Assembly (NCBI GenBank): GCA_963665115.1 | Contig: OY762007.1 | Location: forward strand, 5,632,001 to 5,696,000 | Reading direction: 5' to 3' | DNA length: 64,000 nucleotides | From: an uncultured Rivularia sp. | Lineage (GTDB): Bacteria > Cyanobacteriota > Cyanobacteriia > Cyanobacteriales > Nostocaceae | In this document: in pieces, positions 43,441 to 53,297 of the stretch | Position numbering within the stretch: the first letter of the stretch is position 1 | How the letters are laid out: each line of letters starts with the position of its first letter | Position numbers and translations under genes: made by a program | The notes under the pieces: model-generated | What the model saw: the letters and a program-made list of their open reading frames with translations, nothing else | Told to the model about the DNA's origin: nothing | Databases searched by the model: none

Positions 43441-44694
43441 TTGAAGATGAAGAAGACCAGACTTTTTATCTTAGAAAAAGTTTACCTTAATTTTTGCTAC
43501 AGCGTTCTGAAAGCCATTAATTTAATTGAAGAGGTAATTACAGAGTTTGTAAAAAGTATTAAAAGTTTAATATTGATTGATATTTGCTTGACAAGAGAAA
43601 ATAGCAGGCAATTAACAGATACTATTCATAATCGTCATTTTATTTCGGTATTAGATTTAACAGGTAAATTGAAAAATACAAAAATTTTTAATCAACAGTT
43701 CACTTGCTCCTTCAAGCTTTTTACAAGAAGAGACTTACATATGGCTATCAAAATGCCTACCTACAATCGTCAAATACTCAAAGGATTGCAACAAAAAAGG
43801 CAACACTTAGATGTAATAATCAACAGTATGGGTTGTGGAGTAATTGTTACAGATGTAAATACTTGTATCGAAACTATTAATCCGGTAGCAGAGTTACTAA
43901 CTGGTTGGCAGGTTTCGGAGGCTGTTGGTAAAGAGTTATTGGAAGTTTTCCAGTTGAAAGATGCCCAGACAGAAGAAGAAATTGAGAATTTAGCTGCACG
44001 GGTAATAAAGACGGGTGAGATTCTGAATTTACCAGAAAACTGTAAATTAGTTTCAAAAGATGGAAGCGAAATATCCATTGGAGATACAGTCTCACCCGTG
44101 CGCGGTGAAGATGGAGAAATATTAGGTGCAGTCTTAGTGTTTCAGGATATTAGTCAACGTAAAAAGACAGAAGCCGAACTTATACGCAATGCTTTTTACG
44201 ATTCCATAACGGGATTACCCAATCGGGTTTTGTTCATAGACAGACTTACACAGGCTTTTGAACATAGTAAGCGAAGAAAGAATTATTGCTTTAGCGTTTT
44301 GTTCGTGGATTTAGATGGTTTTAAAGGAATCAACGATAAATTTGGGCATGGGATGGGAGATAAATTGTTGGTAGATATAAGCCAACGTTTAAAATGCAGC
44401 TTGCGCGGTGGCGATACTGTAGCTAGATTTGGTGGCGATGAATTTGCCATTCTCTTAGAAGATATCAAAGATGTTACTGATGCTACTAATGTTGCCCTAC
44501 GCATTCAAGAAAACTTGGAAACGCCATTTGATATTAACGAGCGTAAGATATTGATAACCGCTAGTATCGGTATTGCTTTAAGCAACGCGAGTCACCAAGA
44601 ACCCTTAAATCTGTTAGATGATGCTGACAGTGCAATGTACCAAGCTAAAGATGAAGGAAAAGCTCGGTATATTGTGTTTGAAAGAAAACCGTAA
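43441..44694 (+). CDS. PAS-GGDEF diguanylate cyclase with eroded N-terminal receiver domain (start uncertain)
   Basis: PAS (NPVAELLTGW), DSITGLPNR, DLDGFK.IND.FGH..GD, RGGD I-site, intact GGDEF. Confidence 0.88.
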   Translation: MKMKKTRLFILEKVYLNFCYSVLKAINLIEEVITEFVKSIKSLILIDICLTRENSRQLTDTIHNRHFISVLDLTGKLKNTKIFNQQFTCSFKLFTRRDLHMAIKMPTYNRQILKGLQQKRQHLDVIINSMGCGVIVTDVNTCIETINPVAELLTGWQVSEAVGKELLEVFQLKDAQTEEEIENLAARVIKTGEILNLPENCKLVSKDGSEISIGDTVSPVRGEDGEILGAVLVFQDISQRKKTEAELIRNAFYDSITGLPNRVLFIDRLTQAFEHSKRRKNYCFSVLFVDLDGFKGINDKFGHGMGDKLLVDISQRLKCSLRGGDTVARFGGDEFAILLEDIKDVTDATNVALRIQENLETPFDINERKILITASIGIALSNASHQEPLNLLDDADSAMYQAKDEGKARYIVFERKP

Positions 44695-45136
44695 TTAAGG
44701 TTAAAGGTTAAAGGTGAAGAGACTTTTAGCCTTATGCTTATTCATAATATTTTTCAAATTTCTTCTATAATTCGCAGTTTTGATTTGTACAAAATCTGCT
44801 AATAATGTAGTACCTTACCGCAGTACGGGTTACTTTCGATATCATGAATCTGCATAAGTATAAACTGGATACACCTACTTAATATGTAGATTAATTAAGA
44901 AGCTCTAAAATGCAGAACTTTAACTTTTATCTGATTTTCGATTGTAGCTTAGCCATTTTTGCCAAAAGAGCTATAATGTCCATACTTAAAATTGCAAATA
45001 AAGTTTAAATAAATTAATAAACACAAAGAAATATTAAGCGAAACTAGGCATCACGAAAATAATTGATGACAAAATACGTGGTGCCGATACATAAAAGTGA
45101 GCTTTGCTTAACGCACTGTTGTTTGATTAACAATCA

Positions 45137-46453
45137 ATGTTGGATTTACAAGTGGTAAAAAAATTCAGAAAAGTATTGCAAAGACTCAGATTTCGAGTTG
45201 TGGCAATATTTCTTATAGTTGTGTTTGGCATGGCTTTTTTTTCGGTGCAGCCAGCCCAAACGCAAGAGCCGGTAACATTAAATTTATTAATGACAGCACC
45301 TGATGCTGAACCTTGGAAGCAGGGAATAATCAAAGACTTTGAAGCAAAAAATCCCGGTATTGAGATCAATATTATTGAAGGTCCCAATGCCACGGATTTA
45401 TTAGAAAATATGTATACTTCTGCCTTTATTTTAGGGGATTCTCCTTATGACTTAGTAAATATGGATGTCGTTTGGACACCTAAATTTGCTGCTGCTGGTT
45501 GGTTGTTGGATTTGACAGATAAAATTACCGAAGCAGAATTAGCAGCATTTTCAAAAAAGGATGTAGAAGGAAGACGTTACAAAGGTAAACTATATGCAAT
45601 CCCCATGCGGAGTGATGTGGGAATGCTTTATTACCGAGAAGATTTACTCAAAGAAGCCGGATTCAATCCCCCCGAAAGTTTTGATGATTTAGTCAAAATA
45701 TCCCAAAGTTTAAAAGAAAAAGGGAAGGCTGATTGGGGTTATGTTTGGCAGGGTAAGCAATACGAAGGGTTAGCGGCGATGTTTGTGGAAGTGCTGCAAG
45801 GTTTTGGCGGTTATTGGGTTAACCCTGAAACCTTAGAAGTGGGATTAGATCGTCCACAAACAGTCGAAGCAATTGAATTTCTGAAAAATACGATTAAACC
45901 AACCGAAATTTCTCCTCCCGGAGTAACTACATATCAAGAAGAAGAAACTAGACGGATTTTTCAAAATGGGAATTCAGTTTTCTTGAGAAATTGGCCTTAC
46001 GTTTGGCCTCTCGCAAACAAAGAATCTTCGCCTATTGACGGTAAAATTGCGATCAAGCCAATGGTACATACCAAGAATGGAAGTAGTGGAGCTTGTTTGG
46101 GAGGTTGGGCTTTAGGAATCTCTAAATCTACGAAACATCCCGAAGCAGCTTGGAAAGCAATTAAATATTTTACTTCCGAAGAAGCACAGCGAAAATTTGT
46201 CTTAGAAGCCGGATTTGTACCCAGTCGGCGATCGCTATTTCTCGATCCACAAATTGTTGCTAAATATCCCCATTATCCCCAATTATTAAAAGTCGTAGAT
46301 AAAGCAGTATTGCGTCCACCCATCGCTCAATACGCTCAAGCATCCGACATTTTGCAACGCTATCTTTCCGCTGCATTGACAAATCGAATGACTCCCGAAA
46401 AAGCAATGAAGAATGCAGCATCCGAGACTCGTCAGTTGTTAGGTAATAGGTAA
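45137..46453 (+). CDS. Sugar ABC transporter substrate-binding protein (CUT1, trehalose/maltose-like)
   Basis: DVVW..KFAAAGWL, LYYREDLL, WQGKQYEGL, RNWPY, LGGW motifs. Confidence 0.92.
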   Translation: MLDLQVVKKFRKVLQRLRFRVVAIFLIVVFGMAFFSVQPAQTQEPVTLNLLMTAPDAEPWKQGIIKDFEAKNPGIEINIIEGPNATDLLENMYTSAFILGDSPYDLVNMDVVWTPKFAAAGWLLDLTDKITEAELAAFSKKDVEGRRYKGKLYAIPMRSDVGMLYYREDLLKEAGFNPPESFDDLVKISQSLKEKGKADWGYVWQGKQYEGLAAMFVEVLQGFGGYWVNPETLEVGLDRPQTVEAIEFLKNTIKPTEISPPGVTTYQEEETRRIFQNGNSVFLRNWPYVWPLANKESSPIDGKIAIKPMVHTKNGSSGACLGGWALGISKSTKHPEAAWKAIKYFTSEEAQRKFVLEAGFVPSRRSLFLDPQIVAKYPHYPQLLKVVDKAVLRPPIAQYAQASDILQRYLSAALTNRMTPEKAMKNAASETRQLLGNR

Positions 46454-46495
46454 TGGGTGATTGATAATTGGTAATTGATAATTGATAACTGATTT

Positions 46496-47386
46496 ATGGA
46501 AACAATTCGGAGTAGAGAACAAAAAACGGCTTTAATTTTGTTAATACCAGCGATGGTTTTGCTGTTGTTGGTTTTTGGCTATCCTATTGTTCGTGCTTTT
46601 TGGTTGAGTTTGTTTACGGAAAATTTAGGGACGCAATTACAACCTGTTTTTTCGGGTTTAGATAATTACGGAAGAATGATGGGTGATGGTCGTTTTTGGC
46701 AGAGTTTTCTGGCAACGATTATCTTCACCAGCGCATCGGTAATTTCAGAGTTGTTGTTGGGTTTAATAATAGCTTTGGTATTGAATCAGCAATTCTTTGG
46801 ACGCGGTTTAGTACGAACTACCGCGATTTTACCTTGGGCTTTACCTACTGCTTTAATTGGTTTGGCTTGGGCTTGGATTTTTAACGATCAATACGGTATC
46901 GCAAACGATATTTTACTGCGGTTAGGTTTTATTGAAACTGGTATTAATTGGTTGGGAGATCCGACTTTAGCAATGATTGCGGTTGTTGTTGCTGACGTAT
47001 GGAAAACTACGCCTTTTATCAGTATTTTGTTGTTAGCTGGTTTGCAGTCAATATCTGCCGATTTGTATGAAGCGCACTCGATTGATGGAGCGTCACCTTG
47101 GCAAAGCTTCCGTCAAATAACCCTGCCACTTTTGATACCACAAATCTTGATCGCCGTTTTATTTCGCTTTGCCCAAGCATTCGGAATCTTTGATTTAATT
47201 TCCGTAATGACAGGTGGTGGCCCCGGAGGAGCGACAGAAGTTGTATCGCTTTACATTTACTCTACCATCATGCGCTATTTAGATTTTGGTTACGGTGCAG
47301 CATTGGTTGTAGTAACTTTTTTATTGCTAATTTTTGCAGTGGTTATTGCAAATTTACTACTCCGTCTATCTCGCACGAGTACGTGA
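46496..47386 (+). CDS. Sugar ABC transporter permease (MalF-like)
   Basis: GLDNY, LPWALP, LAGLQSI..DLYEA..IDGA (EAA loop), TGGGPG. Confidence 0.94.
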   Translation: METIRSREQKTALILLIPAMVLLLLVFGYPIVRAFWLSLFTENLGTQLQPVFSGLDNYGRMMGDGRFWQSFLATIIFTSASVISELLLGLIIALVLNQQFFGRGLVRTTAILPWALPTALIGLAWAWIFNDQYGIANDILLRLGFIETGINWLGDPTLAMIAVVVADVWKTTPFISILLLAGLQSISADLYEAHSIDGASPWQSFRQITLPLLIPQILIAVLFRFAQAFGIFDLISVMTGGGPGGATEVVSLYIYSTIMRYLDFGYGAALVVVTFLLLIFAVVIANLLLRLSRTST

Positions 47387-47480
47387 GATGGGGGAACAAG
47401 GGGACAAGGAGACAAGGAGATAAAAAGAATTTTAACCTTTGACCTTTGACCTTTGACCTTTGACCTTTATATGTATTGAT

Positions 47481-48320
47481 ATGAAAAAAAATACTGTTAA
47501 AACAATACTGTTATGGATGGCGATTGTTTTTGTCATTCTCTTTAGTTTAGCTCCGGCTTTGTGGCAATTATTAACTTCATTTAAGGTGAATGAAGATATT
47601 TCCAAATTGCCGACAATTTATTTTCCGAGCCGCATTACTTTAAATCACTATGTAGAATTATTTACTCGTAATCCTCCTTTTTGGCGCTACATATTAAATA
47701 GTGCCTTTGTTTCGATTCTTTCAACGGCTTTTGCTTTGGGTATAGGTGCGCCTGCTGCTTATGCTTTAGCACGGTTGCGTCCGAAGGGTCAAAATATTAT
47801 TCTTGCGAGTATTTTAGTTGTTACTTTATTTCCAGGAATTTTGTTATTTTTTGGATTATTAGAAATTGTACAGTTGCTGCATCTGGGTAATAATTATCTG
47901 GCGCTGATAATTCCTTATACAGCAATAAATTTACCGCTGACAATTTTAGTATTACGCAGCTTTTTCGAGCAATTACCTAAAGATTTAGAAGATTCTGCTC
48001 GGGTAGACGGTTATAATACCTGGCAAACACTAACGCAAATTATTTTACCAATGACTCTTCCCGCTTTGGTAACAACAGGAATTCTCACCTTTATTTTTGC
48101 ATGGAACGAATTTATATTCGCACTCACATTTATTACCCGCGAAGGTATGAAAACAATTCCCGTTGCAGCCGCCCAATTAAGTGGTGCATCAAGTTATGAA
48201 ATACCCTATGGCCCCATCGCCGCCGCGACAGTTTTAGGAACATTACCTTTAGTATTATTAGTTCTATTCTTCCAGCGCAAAATTGTTCAAGGGCTTACCG
48301 CAGGAGCGGTGAAGGGGTGA
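47481..48320 (+). CDS. Sugar ABC transporter permease (MalG-like)
   Basis: AAYALARL, P.DLEDSARVDG, AWNEF, GLTAGAVKG; start moved to ATG 47481. Confidence 0.94.
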   Translation: MKKNTVKTILLWMAIVFVILFSLAPALWQLLTSFKVNEDISKLPTIYFPSRITLNHYVELFTRNPPFWRYILNSAFVSILSTAFALGIGAPAAYALARLRPKGQNIILASILVVTLFPGILLFFGLLEIVQLLHLGNNYLALIIPYTAINLPLTILVLRSFFEQLPKDLEDSARVDGYNTWQTLTQIILPMTLPALVTTGILTFIFAWNEFIFALTFITREGMKTIPVAAAQLSGASSYEIPYGPIAAATVLGTLPLVLLVLFFQRKIVQGLTAGAVKG

Positions 48321-48347
48321 GTTAGGAGTTAGGAGTTAGGAGTAGCA

Positions 48348-48533
48348 AGTAGAGAGTAGCAAGTAAGTCACTTTTTATTATTGTCATAAATGTCGCTCAT
48401 AGCTGCCCGTCTATTTTTACTCGCTATTCATTACTCATTACTCACTACTCACTACTCATTACTCATTACTCATTACTCACTACTCATTACTCACTACTCA
48501 CTACTCACTACTCACTACTTTAATAATGTCCCC
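48348..48533. repeat. Left copy of inverted repeat pair (unique core plus ACTCATT/ACTCACT heptamers)
   Basis: Reverse complement matches 49643-49772 apart from 2 substitutions and 8 extra heptamers. Confidence 0.92.
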
Positions 48534-48557
48534 AATGCCCAATTCCCAAATAAAAAA

Positions 48558-49631
48558 ATGGCTATACTCCAATTAAAAAACTTAAACAAAACCTTTTCTC
48601 CGAAAGTTGTTCCTGTAAAAGATATTAGTTTATCTGTAGAGGATAGCGAGTTTCTGACATTATTAGGTCCCAGTGGTTGCGGTAAGTCCACAACTTTGCG
48701 GATGATTGCAGGTTTAGAGGAGGTGACGCGAGGAAAAATATTTTTGGGAACTGAAGATATTACATACAAACGTGCTGGCGATCGCAATATGGCGATGGTG
48801 TTTCAAAGTTATGCTTTATACCCTCACATGACAGTACGAGAAAATCTGGCTTCGGGATTAAAGTTGAAAAAAGTACCCAGCGGTGAAATTCAAACCAGAG
48901 TTTCCGAAGTTGCTGGACTTTTGGGTTTAGAAGAATTGTTTCAACGCAAACCCGGACAACTTTCTGGAGGGCAAAGACAGCGGGTTGCTGTAGGTAGAGC
49001 TTTGGTGCGTAAAGCTGAAGCGTATTTATTAGACGAGCCTTTGAGCAACCTTGATGCATTATTGCGCGAAAGAGTTAGAGCCGATATCAAGCAGATATTT
49101 GCAGCCCAAAAAGCGCCAGTAGTGTATGTTACCCACGATCAAACCGAAGCGATGACGCTTTCTTCCAAAGTTGCAGTATTAAATAACGGTTACGTACAGC
49201 AACTTGCACCACCAGCGGATATTTACAATCATCCGGCAAATTTATTTGTGGCTGGGTTTGTAGGCAGCCCCCAGATGAATTTGCTTACCCTACCTTGTAA
49301 AGGCAACACAGCGATGCTGGGCGATTTTTCTGTTACCATGCCCAAATTTTCCGCTTCACCACCGCAAATTGTTTTAGGTATTCGTCCCGAACACGTTCGC
49401 GTTGCATTACCAGAAGATACGCAAACCGTAAAAGGGCGAGTATATTTAGTAGAAAATTTAGGTATGTACAAATTAGTTAGCGTGCATATCGCCAGTTCCC
49501 AAACAGAACCGCCGACTATACGCGCCTTGCTGCCCCCAGACCAAAATTGGGATAACCAAGAAATTACCCTTGCTCTACCGTCGGAGAATATTCACTGGTT
49601 TGATGTTGACTCCGGGGATGTGTTGCAGTGA
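48558..49631 (+). CDS. Sugar ABC transporter ATP-binding protein (MalK-like)
   Basis: GPSGCGKS, VFQSYALYPHM, LSGGQ, DEPLSNLD, VTHDQ; start moved to ATG 48558. Confidence 0.95.
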   Translation: MAILQLKNLNKTFSPKVVPVKDISLSVEDSEFLTLLGPSGCGKSTTLRMIAGLEEVTRGKIFLGTEDITYKRAGDRNMAMVFQSYALYPHMTVRENLASGLKLKKVPSGEIQTRVSEVAGLLGLEELFQRKPGQLSGGQRQRVAVGRALVRKAEAYLLDEPLSNLDALLRERVRADIKQIFAAQKAPVVYVTHDQTEAMTLSSKVAVLNNGYVQQLAPPADIYNHPANLFVAGFVGSPQMNLLTLPCKGNTAMLGDFSVTMPKFSASPPQIVLGIRPEHVRVALPEDTQTVKGRVYLVENLGMYKLVSVHIASSQTEPPTIRALLPPDQNWDNQEITLALPSENIHWFDVDSGDVLQ

Positions 49632-49642
49632 TGGGGAGATGG

Positions 49643-49772
49643 GGGGACATTATTAAAGTAGTGAGTAATGAGTAGTGAGTAATGAGTAATGAGTAGCGAG
49701 TAAAAATAGACGGGCAGCTATGAGCGACATTTATGACAATAATAAAAAGTGATTTACTTGCTACTCTCTACT
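49643..49772. repeat. Right copy of inverted repeat pair
   Basis: GGGGACATTATTAAAGTAGTG...AGTAAAAATAGACGGGCAGCTATGAGCGACATTTATGACAATAATAAAAAGTGATTTACTTGCTACTCTCTACT. Confidence 0.92.
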
Positions 49773-49787
49773 CCCTACTCTCTACTC

Positions 49788-50966
49788 CTAACTCTTTAAA
49801 AACCTGTCCACTTTCGCTTTGACTTCTGGTAGATTCATGTAAACGTCTGCGGCTTCAAGTAGATTGCTGATGTTTTCTTCGGTTGCATTGCCTAAATCGT
49901 CGCTTAAAAGTTTACCAGTTAAGTGCTTATCAAGATTGAATTGTAAGCGTACAAGTTGTTCGTGAACTATCTGCTTGCTGATGTATTCATAAATATCGGA
50001 AGAGCCATCAAATAATACGCCAACAATTGGACTTGCCCACTCAAATAAACCCCAATTTCTAGCTTTTTCATAAGGAATAATTTGGGTTCTATCTCCGGTA
50101 CCGATGGAAAGTACGCTAATCTCTTCGGGTGAATAACCGAAGCGTAATGCTTCTGCAATTCCACAACTAGAAGGATTATTTGCTGCTACTCCACCGTCAA
50201 TTGCAGAATATATAGTTTTAATCGAATAAGTAGAAGTTTTATCCGGGATTCTATCCCAAGCAGGGCTTACCGTTGCTTTTCTAATTGAACCAATATAATT
50301 TTTAATAACTCTAACTTGTCCGCTACCTTTACCGTCAGTAATTCTAATTTCGGCGTTTTCGTAAACTGCATCAACGGTAGATTCATTGTCGCTAAAAATA
50401 ATAGTATTTATACTCGCATCTTTGAGATTACCAATAACTCTTTTATCTAATTTATGTGCTGGGAAATAAGTCGGAGCCGATGCGGAAGAAACACATACTT
50501 CCCATAATGGAACGTTACCATATGGTTTATCGGGTCGCCAGCTTTTAAAAATAATTGGATTGCGTTCGATCGTGTCGTAAGATATTACTAATAACCTTGG
50601 TGAAGTACCAATATCAAATAGTCGTGTTTCTCCAAAAACTCCTTGTAAAACTTGAATTAAATCATTGTCAGAATACTTAGGGGCAGAAATCCCGTATTTT
50701 AATAGTAAAGGGATTCGTTGAACAGAAAAATAACTTTGATAGGGAAAGATACTAGAGCTTTTATTTTGGAAAAAATCGACAATATCTTCACTGTTGCGTC
50801 CGGTGGCGATCGCCGCTGCTACAATAGAACCTGTTGAAGTTCCTACGATTAAGTCAAAGTACTCATTTAAGGGTTGATTTATTTTATTTTCAATATTCGC
50901 TAACATTTTTGCCGCAACAATTCCTCTAACTCCTCCACCATCCAGACTTAATATCCGAAAAGGCAT
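49788..50966 (-). CDS. Patatin-like phospholipase with internal insertion
   Basis: DGGGVRG, GTSTG nucleophile, SASAPTYF, DGG, LSIGTG. Confidence 0.93.
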   Translation of the reverse strand: MPFRILSLDGGGVRGIVAAKMLANIENKINQPLNEYFDLIVGTSTGSIVAAAIATGRNSEDIVDFFQNKSSSIFPYQSYFSVQRIPLLLKYGISAPKYSDNDLIQVLQGVFGETRLFDIGTSPRLLVISYDTIERNPIIFKSWRPDKPYGNVPLWEVCVSSASAPTYFPAHKLDKRVIGNLKDASINTIIFSDNESTVDAVYENAEIRITDGKGSGQVRVIKNYIGSIRKATVSPAWDRIPDKTSTYSIKTIYSAIDGGVAANNPSSCGIAEALRFGYSPEEISVLSIGTGDRTQIIPYEKARNWGLFEWASPIVGVLFDGSSDIYEYISKQIVHEQLVRLQFNLDKHLTGKLLSDDLGNATEENISNLLEAADVYMNLPEVKAKVDRFLKS

Positions 50967-51488
50967 TTTAATAATTCTCCCTGTATGATTTATTCTGATG
51001 TATCGCTTAGTTGATAAATATATATTTGCCGAAGTATATTATTAAGAATATTGTTAATTACTGCAATAATAGAATATACAAAATACGGAATCAATGATAG
51101 TAAATTTGCAATCAAATTTTTAGCTGATTAATTATCTATGTTTTAATATCAGAATAAAGTAGTGCAAGCATCTTAATTAGACATAAATCTGAAAAAAAAT
51201 CTATAATTTGTTATTAAACTATTTTTTGATCGGGTGTAGGCTTTAAATAAGAATAAAAAAAATTGTAATAGCAATTAGTCAAAATATATCTTGAATCAAA
51301 AAATATTGCGAAATATGTTTGGCGGCTGATAGATGAAATTGTGCGTTGAAAATAATATTTGCTAATTTGACAGCTAGTTTGCATAAATTAAGACTTGTAC
51401 CACCCAAATAATAAATAGAGAAACCGAAGCTCCTAAAAAAAGCTGTTTGGTTTCTTTACAAAAATATTTATCAAAGGAGTAGTTCGTA

Positions 51489-52535
51489 GTGACAAAGCTC
51501 AAAGTATTATCAATAGCATCCGCGAGTGCAGCATTGATTATTTCAAGTACTGCACAAACAGTTAAAGCTGCATTTAACCCCGCACCGATTTATCAAGATT
51601 TTGATAGCTACAGCACAACAATTTCTGGAAATAACGATTTAGCGGATATTTACTTTCCCAAAACTAAAGATTTAACAACTGGTAAAAATTCCTTTCCCAT
51701 AGCTTTGTTATTGCAAGGTGCGAATGTAGATAAATCTAGTTATTCAAAATATGCCAGTATTGTGGCTCGCTATGGTTTTGTTGTAGTTGTACCAAATAGA
51801 GAGCGAGAGATTCCACAACTTGGTGGAAGAGGACTTTTTGCTGAAACTTCGCAAATAGATGATGTCTTAAAGCAGATAAACACGGAAAAATCCAATCCGA
51901 ATTCACCTATAAAAGGCATTGTAAATACAGATAAATTAGGATTGTTAGGTCATTCCTTCGGTGGTGCTGTTGGACTATCTGCTATTGCTAACACTTGTCT
52001 TCCAGTCATATGTGAAGGTTCCTTCGAGCAACCGGATGAATTGGTTGCAGGTATATTTTTTGGTACAAACCTCCGCAGGCAACCCACAGATGAATTTATC
52101 CCCATCAACAATTCTGGAATTGCTACGGCACTATTACAAGGAACTAGCGAAGGTATAGCCCTTCCTTTCCGAGCCGAAAGAACCTACGATAATATTAAAA
52201 ATCCTCCCAAAGCATTAATTAGCATTTCCGGTGCAAATCACTACGGTATTACTAATACAAATAATCCTGATGGCCCATTTCCCGATCCTAATACACCAAC
52301 AATACCTCAAGATGTCGCGGTAGAAACTGTTGCGCGTTGGAGTGGATTATTTTTACGCGCTAGCGTACTTGATGATAAAGAAGCTTTTAATTATGTATAT
52401 TCTACTGGTGATGCATTAGATAAAAATGTCACAGTTACTAGCCAAGTAAAATCAGTTCCCGAAGCATCTTCTATATGGGGTTTGGGATTATTTGGTGTTG
52501 GATTTATGGTGTGGAAGAAAAAGAATAAAAAATAA
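51489..52535 (+). CDS. Exported chlorophyllase/cutinase-like alpha/beta hydrolase with PEP-CTERM-type tail
   Basis: Signal peptide; GHSFGG nucleophile elbow; GANHY; C-terminal VPEASSIWGLGLFGVGFMVWKKKNKK. Confidence 0.85.
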   Translation: MTKLKVLSIASASAALIISSTAQTVKAAFNPAPIYQDFDSYSTTISGNNDLADIYFPKTKDLTTGKNSFPIALLLQGANVDKSSYSKYASIVARYGFVVVVPNREREIPQLGGRGLFAETSQIDDVLKQINTEKSNPNSPIKGIVNTDKLGLLGHSFGGAVGLSAIANTCLPVICEGSFEQPDELVAGIFFGTNLRRQPTDEFIPINNSGIATALLQGTSEGIALPFRAERTYDNIKNPPKALISISGANHYGITNTNNPDGPFPDPNTPTIPQDVAVETVARWSGLFLRASVLDDKEAFNYVYSTGDALDKNVTVTSQVKSVPEASSIWGLGLFGVGFMVWKKKNKK

Positions 52536-52541
52536 ATTTTT

Positions 52542-53177
52542 TCAACCTGTGTGGTGAGCCATCCACAAACAATCATCAAGTTGAAAGTTTTGAAATATAG
52601 CTTCAAAAGATGATTTCATTGGGCTACAAGCATACAGGCCAAAATTTAAAGATTGCTGTGTTGGTGCTGGAGGATTAAGTTTTCCTATTTCAACAGAAGT
52701 TTCACCCAGACAATGTAAATGGAAAATTCTCATTTGCTTAAAATCTGTACCATTTGGTGACGACTCAATTAAAAAATCTGGCCCTCGACGATTGAGACGA
52801 TACCACATTGTATTTATTGTAGATATATCTGTTGTTGCCCAATCTGAATAGCCATGATTAGTAACAACGCTACCCAAACGCGAAAATTGTTCGGTTTCAA
52901 GTTCAATAGATGCTTTAAACCAGTTATCGCTATTAATATAAATAATGAAACCGCACTGATCAAATTTTGCTCGATATTTAAATGACGCTTGGGCTGTGAA
53001 TGAAAAATTATTTTTACTATCAATTAAAAGAGCGGGAGCATTATCATTCCTGAATCCATAGTAACTACGCTGCCAAAAATCCGTGTTTGGTTCAGTTGTG
53101 ATTTTCACAGACTGGTTATTTATTTCATAAGATTTCGGTTGATTGAGCCATTTAGCGGTAGAAAAATCAATATTCAT
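52542..53177 (-). CDS. DUF1349 family protein (lectin-like fold)
   Basis: WLNQP, TDFWQR.YYGF, FDQCG, WFKASIE, GLYACSP; start moved to ATG 53177. Confidence 0.85.
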   Translation of the reverse strand: MNIDFSTAKWLNQPKSYEINNQSVKITTEPNTDFWQRSYYGFRNDNAPALLIDSKNNFSFTAQASFKYRAKFDQCGFIIYINSDNWFKASIELETEQFSRLGSVVTNHGYSDWATTDISTINTMWYRLNRRGPDFLIESSPNGTDFKQMRIFHLHCLGETSVEIGKLNPPAPTQQSLNFGLYACSPMKSSFEAIFQNFQLDDCLWMAHHTG

Positions 53178-53231
53178 AGTGTTTAATAGAATTAAAAAAG
53201 ACGTTGCATTACAACGTCTCAAAAATAATAC

Positions 53232-53294
53232 TACCAATTACCAATTACCAATTACCAATTACCAATTACCAATTACCAATTACCAATTACCAAT
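53232..53294. repeat. Perfect STRR (TACCAAT)x9
   Basis: Counted directly. Confidence 0.95.
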
Positions 53295-53297
53295 TAT

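Noticed and set aside
48390..48557. In-frame N-terminal extension of the ABC ATPase through the heptamer tract (possible slipped-strand phase variation)
   Set aside because: The MalK-like sequence starts at ATG 48558; the upstream ATG has no RBS and being in frame has about a 1-in-3 chance. Same reasoning for the extensions at 47460, 55527 and 60708.
49788..50966. Patatin as a CBASS CapV effector
   Set aside because: No CD-NTase or Cap2/Cap3 gene nearby; neighbours are a sugar ABC operon and an esterase.
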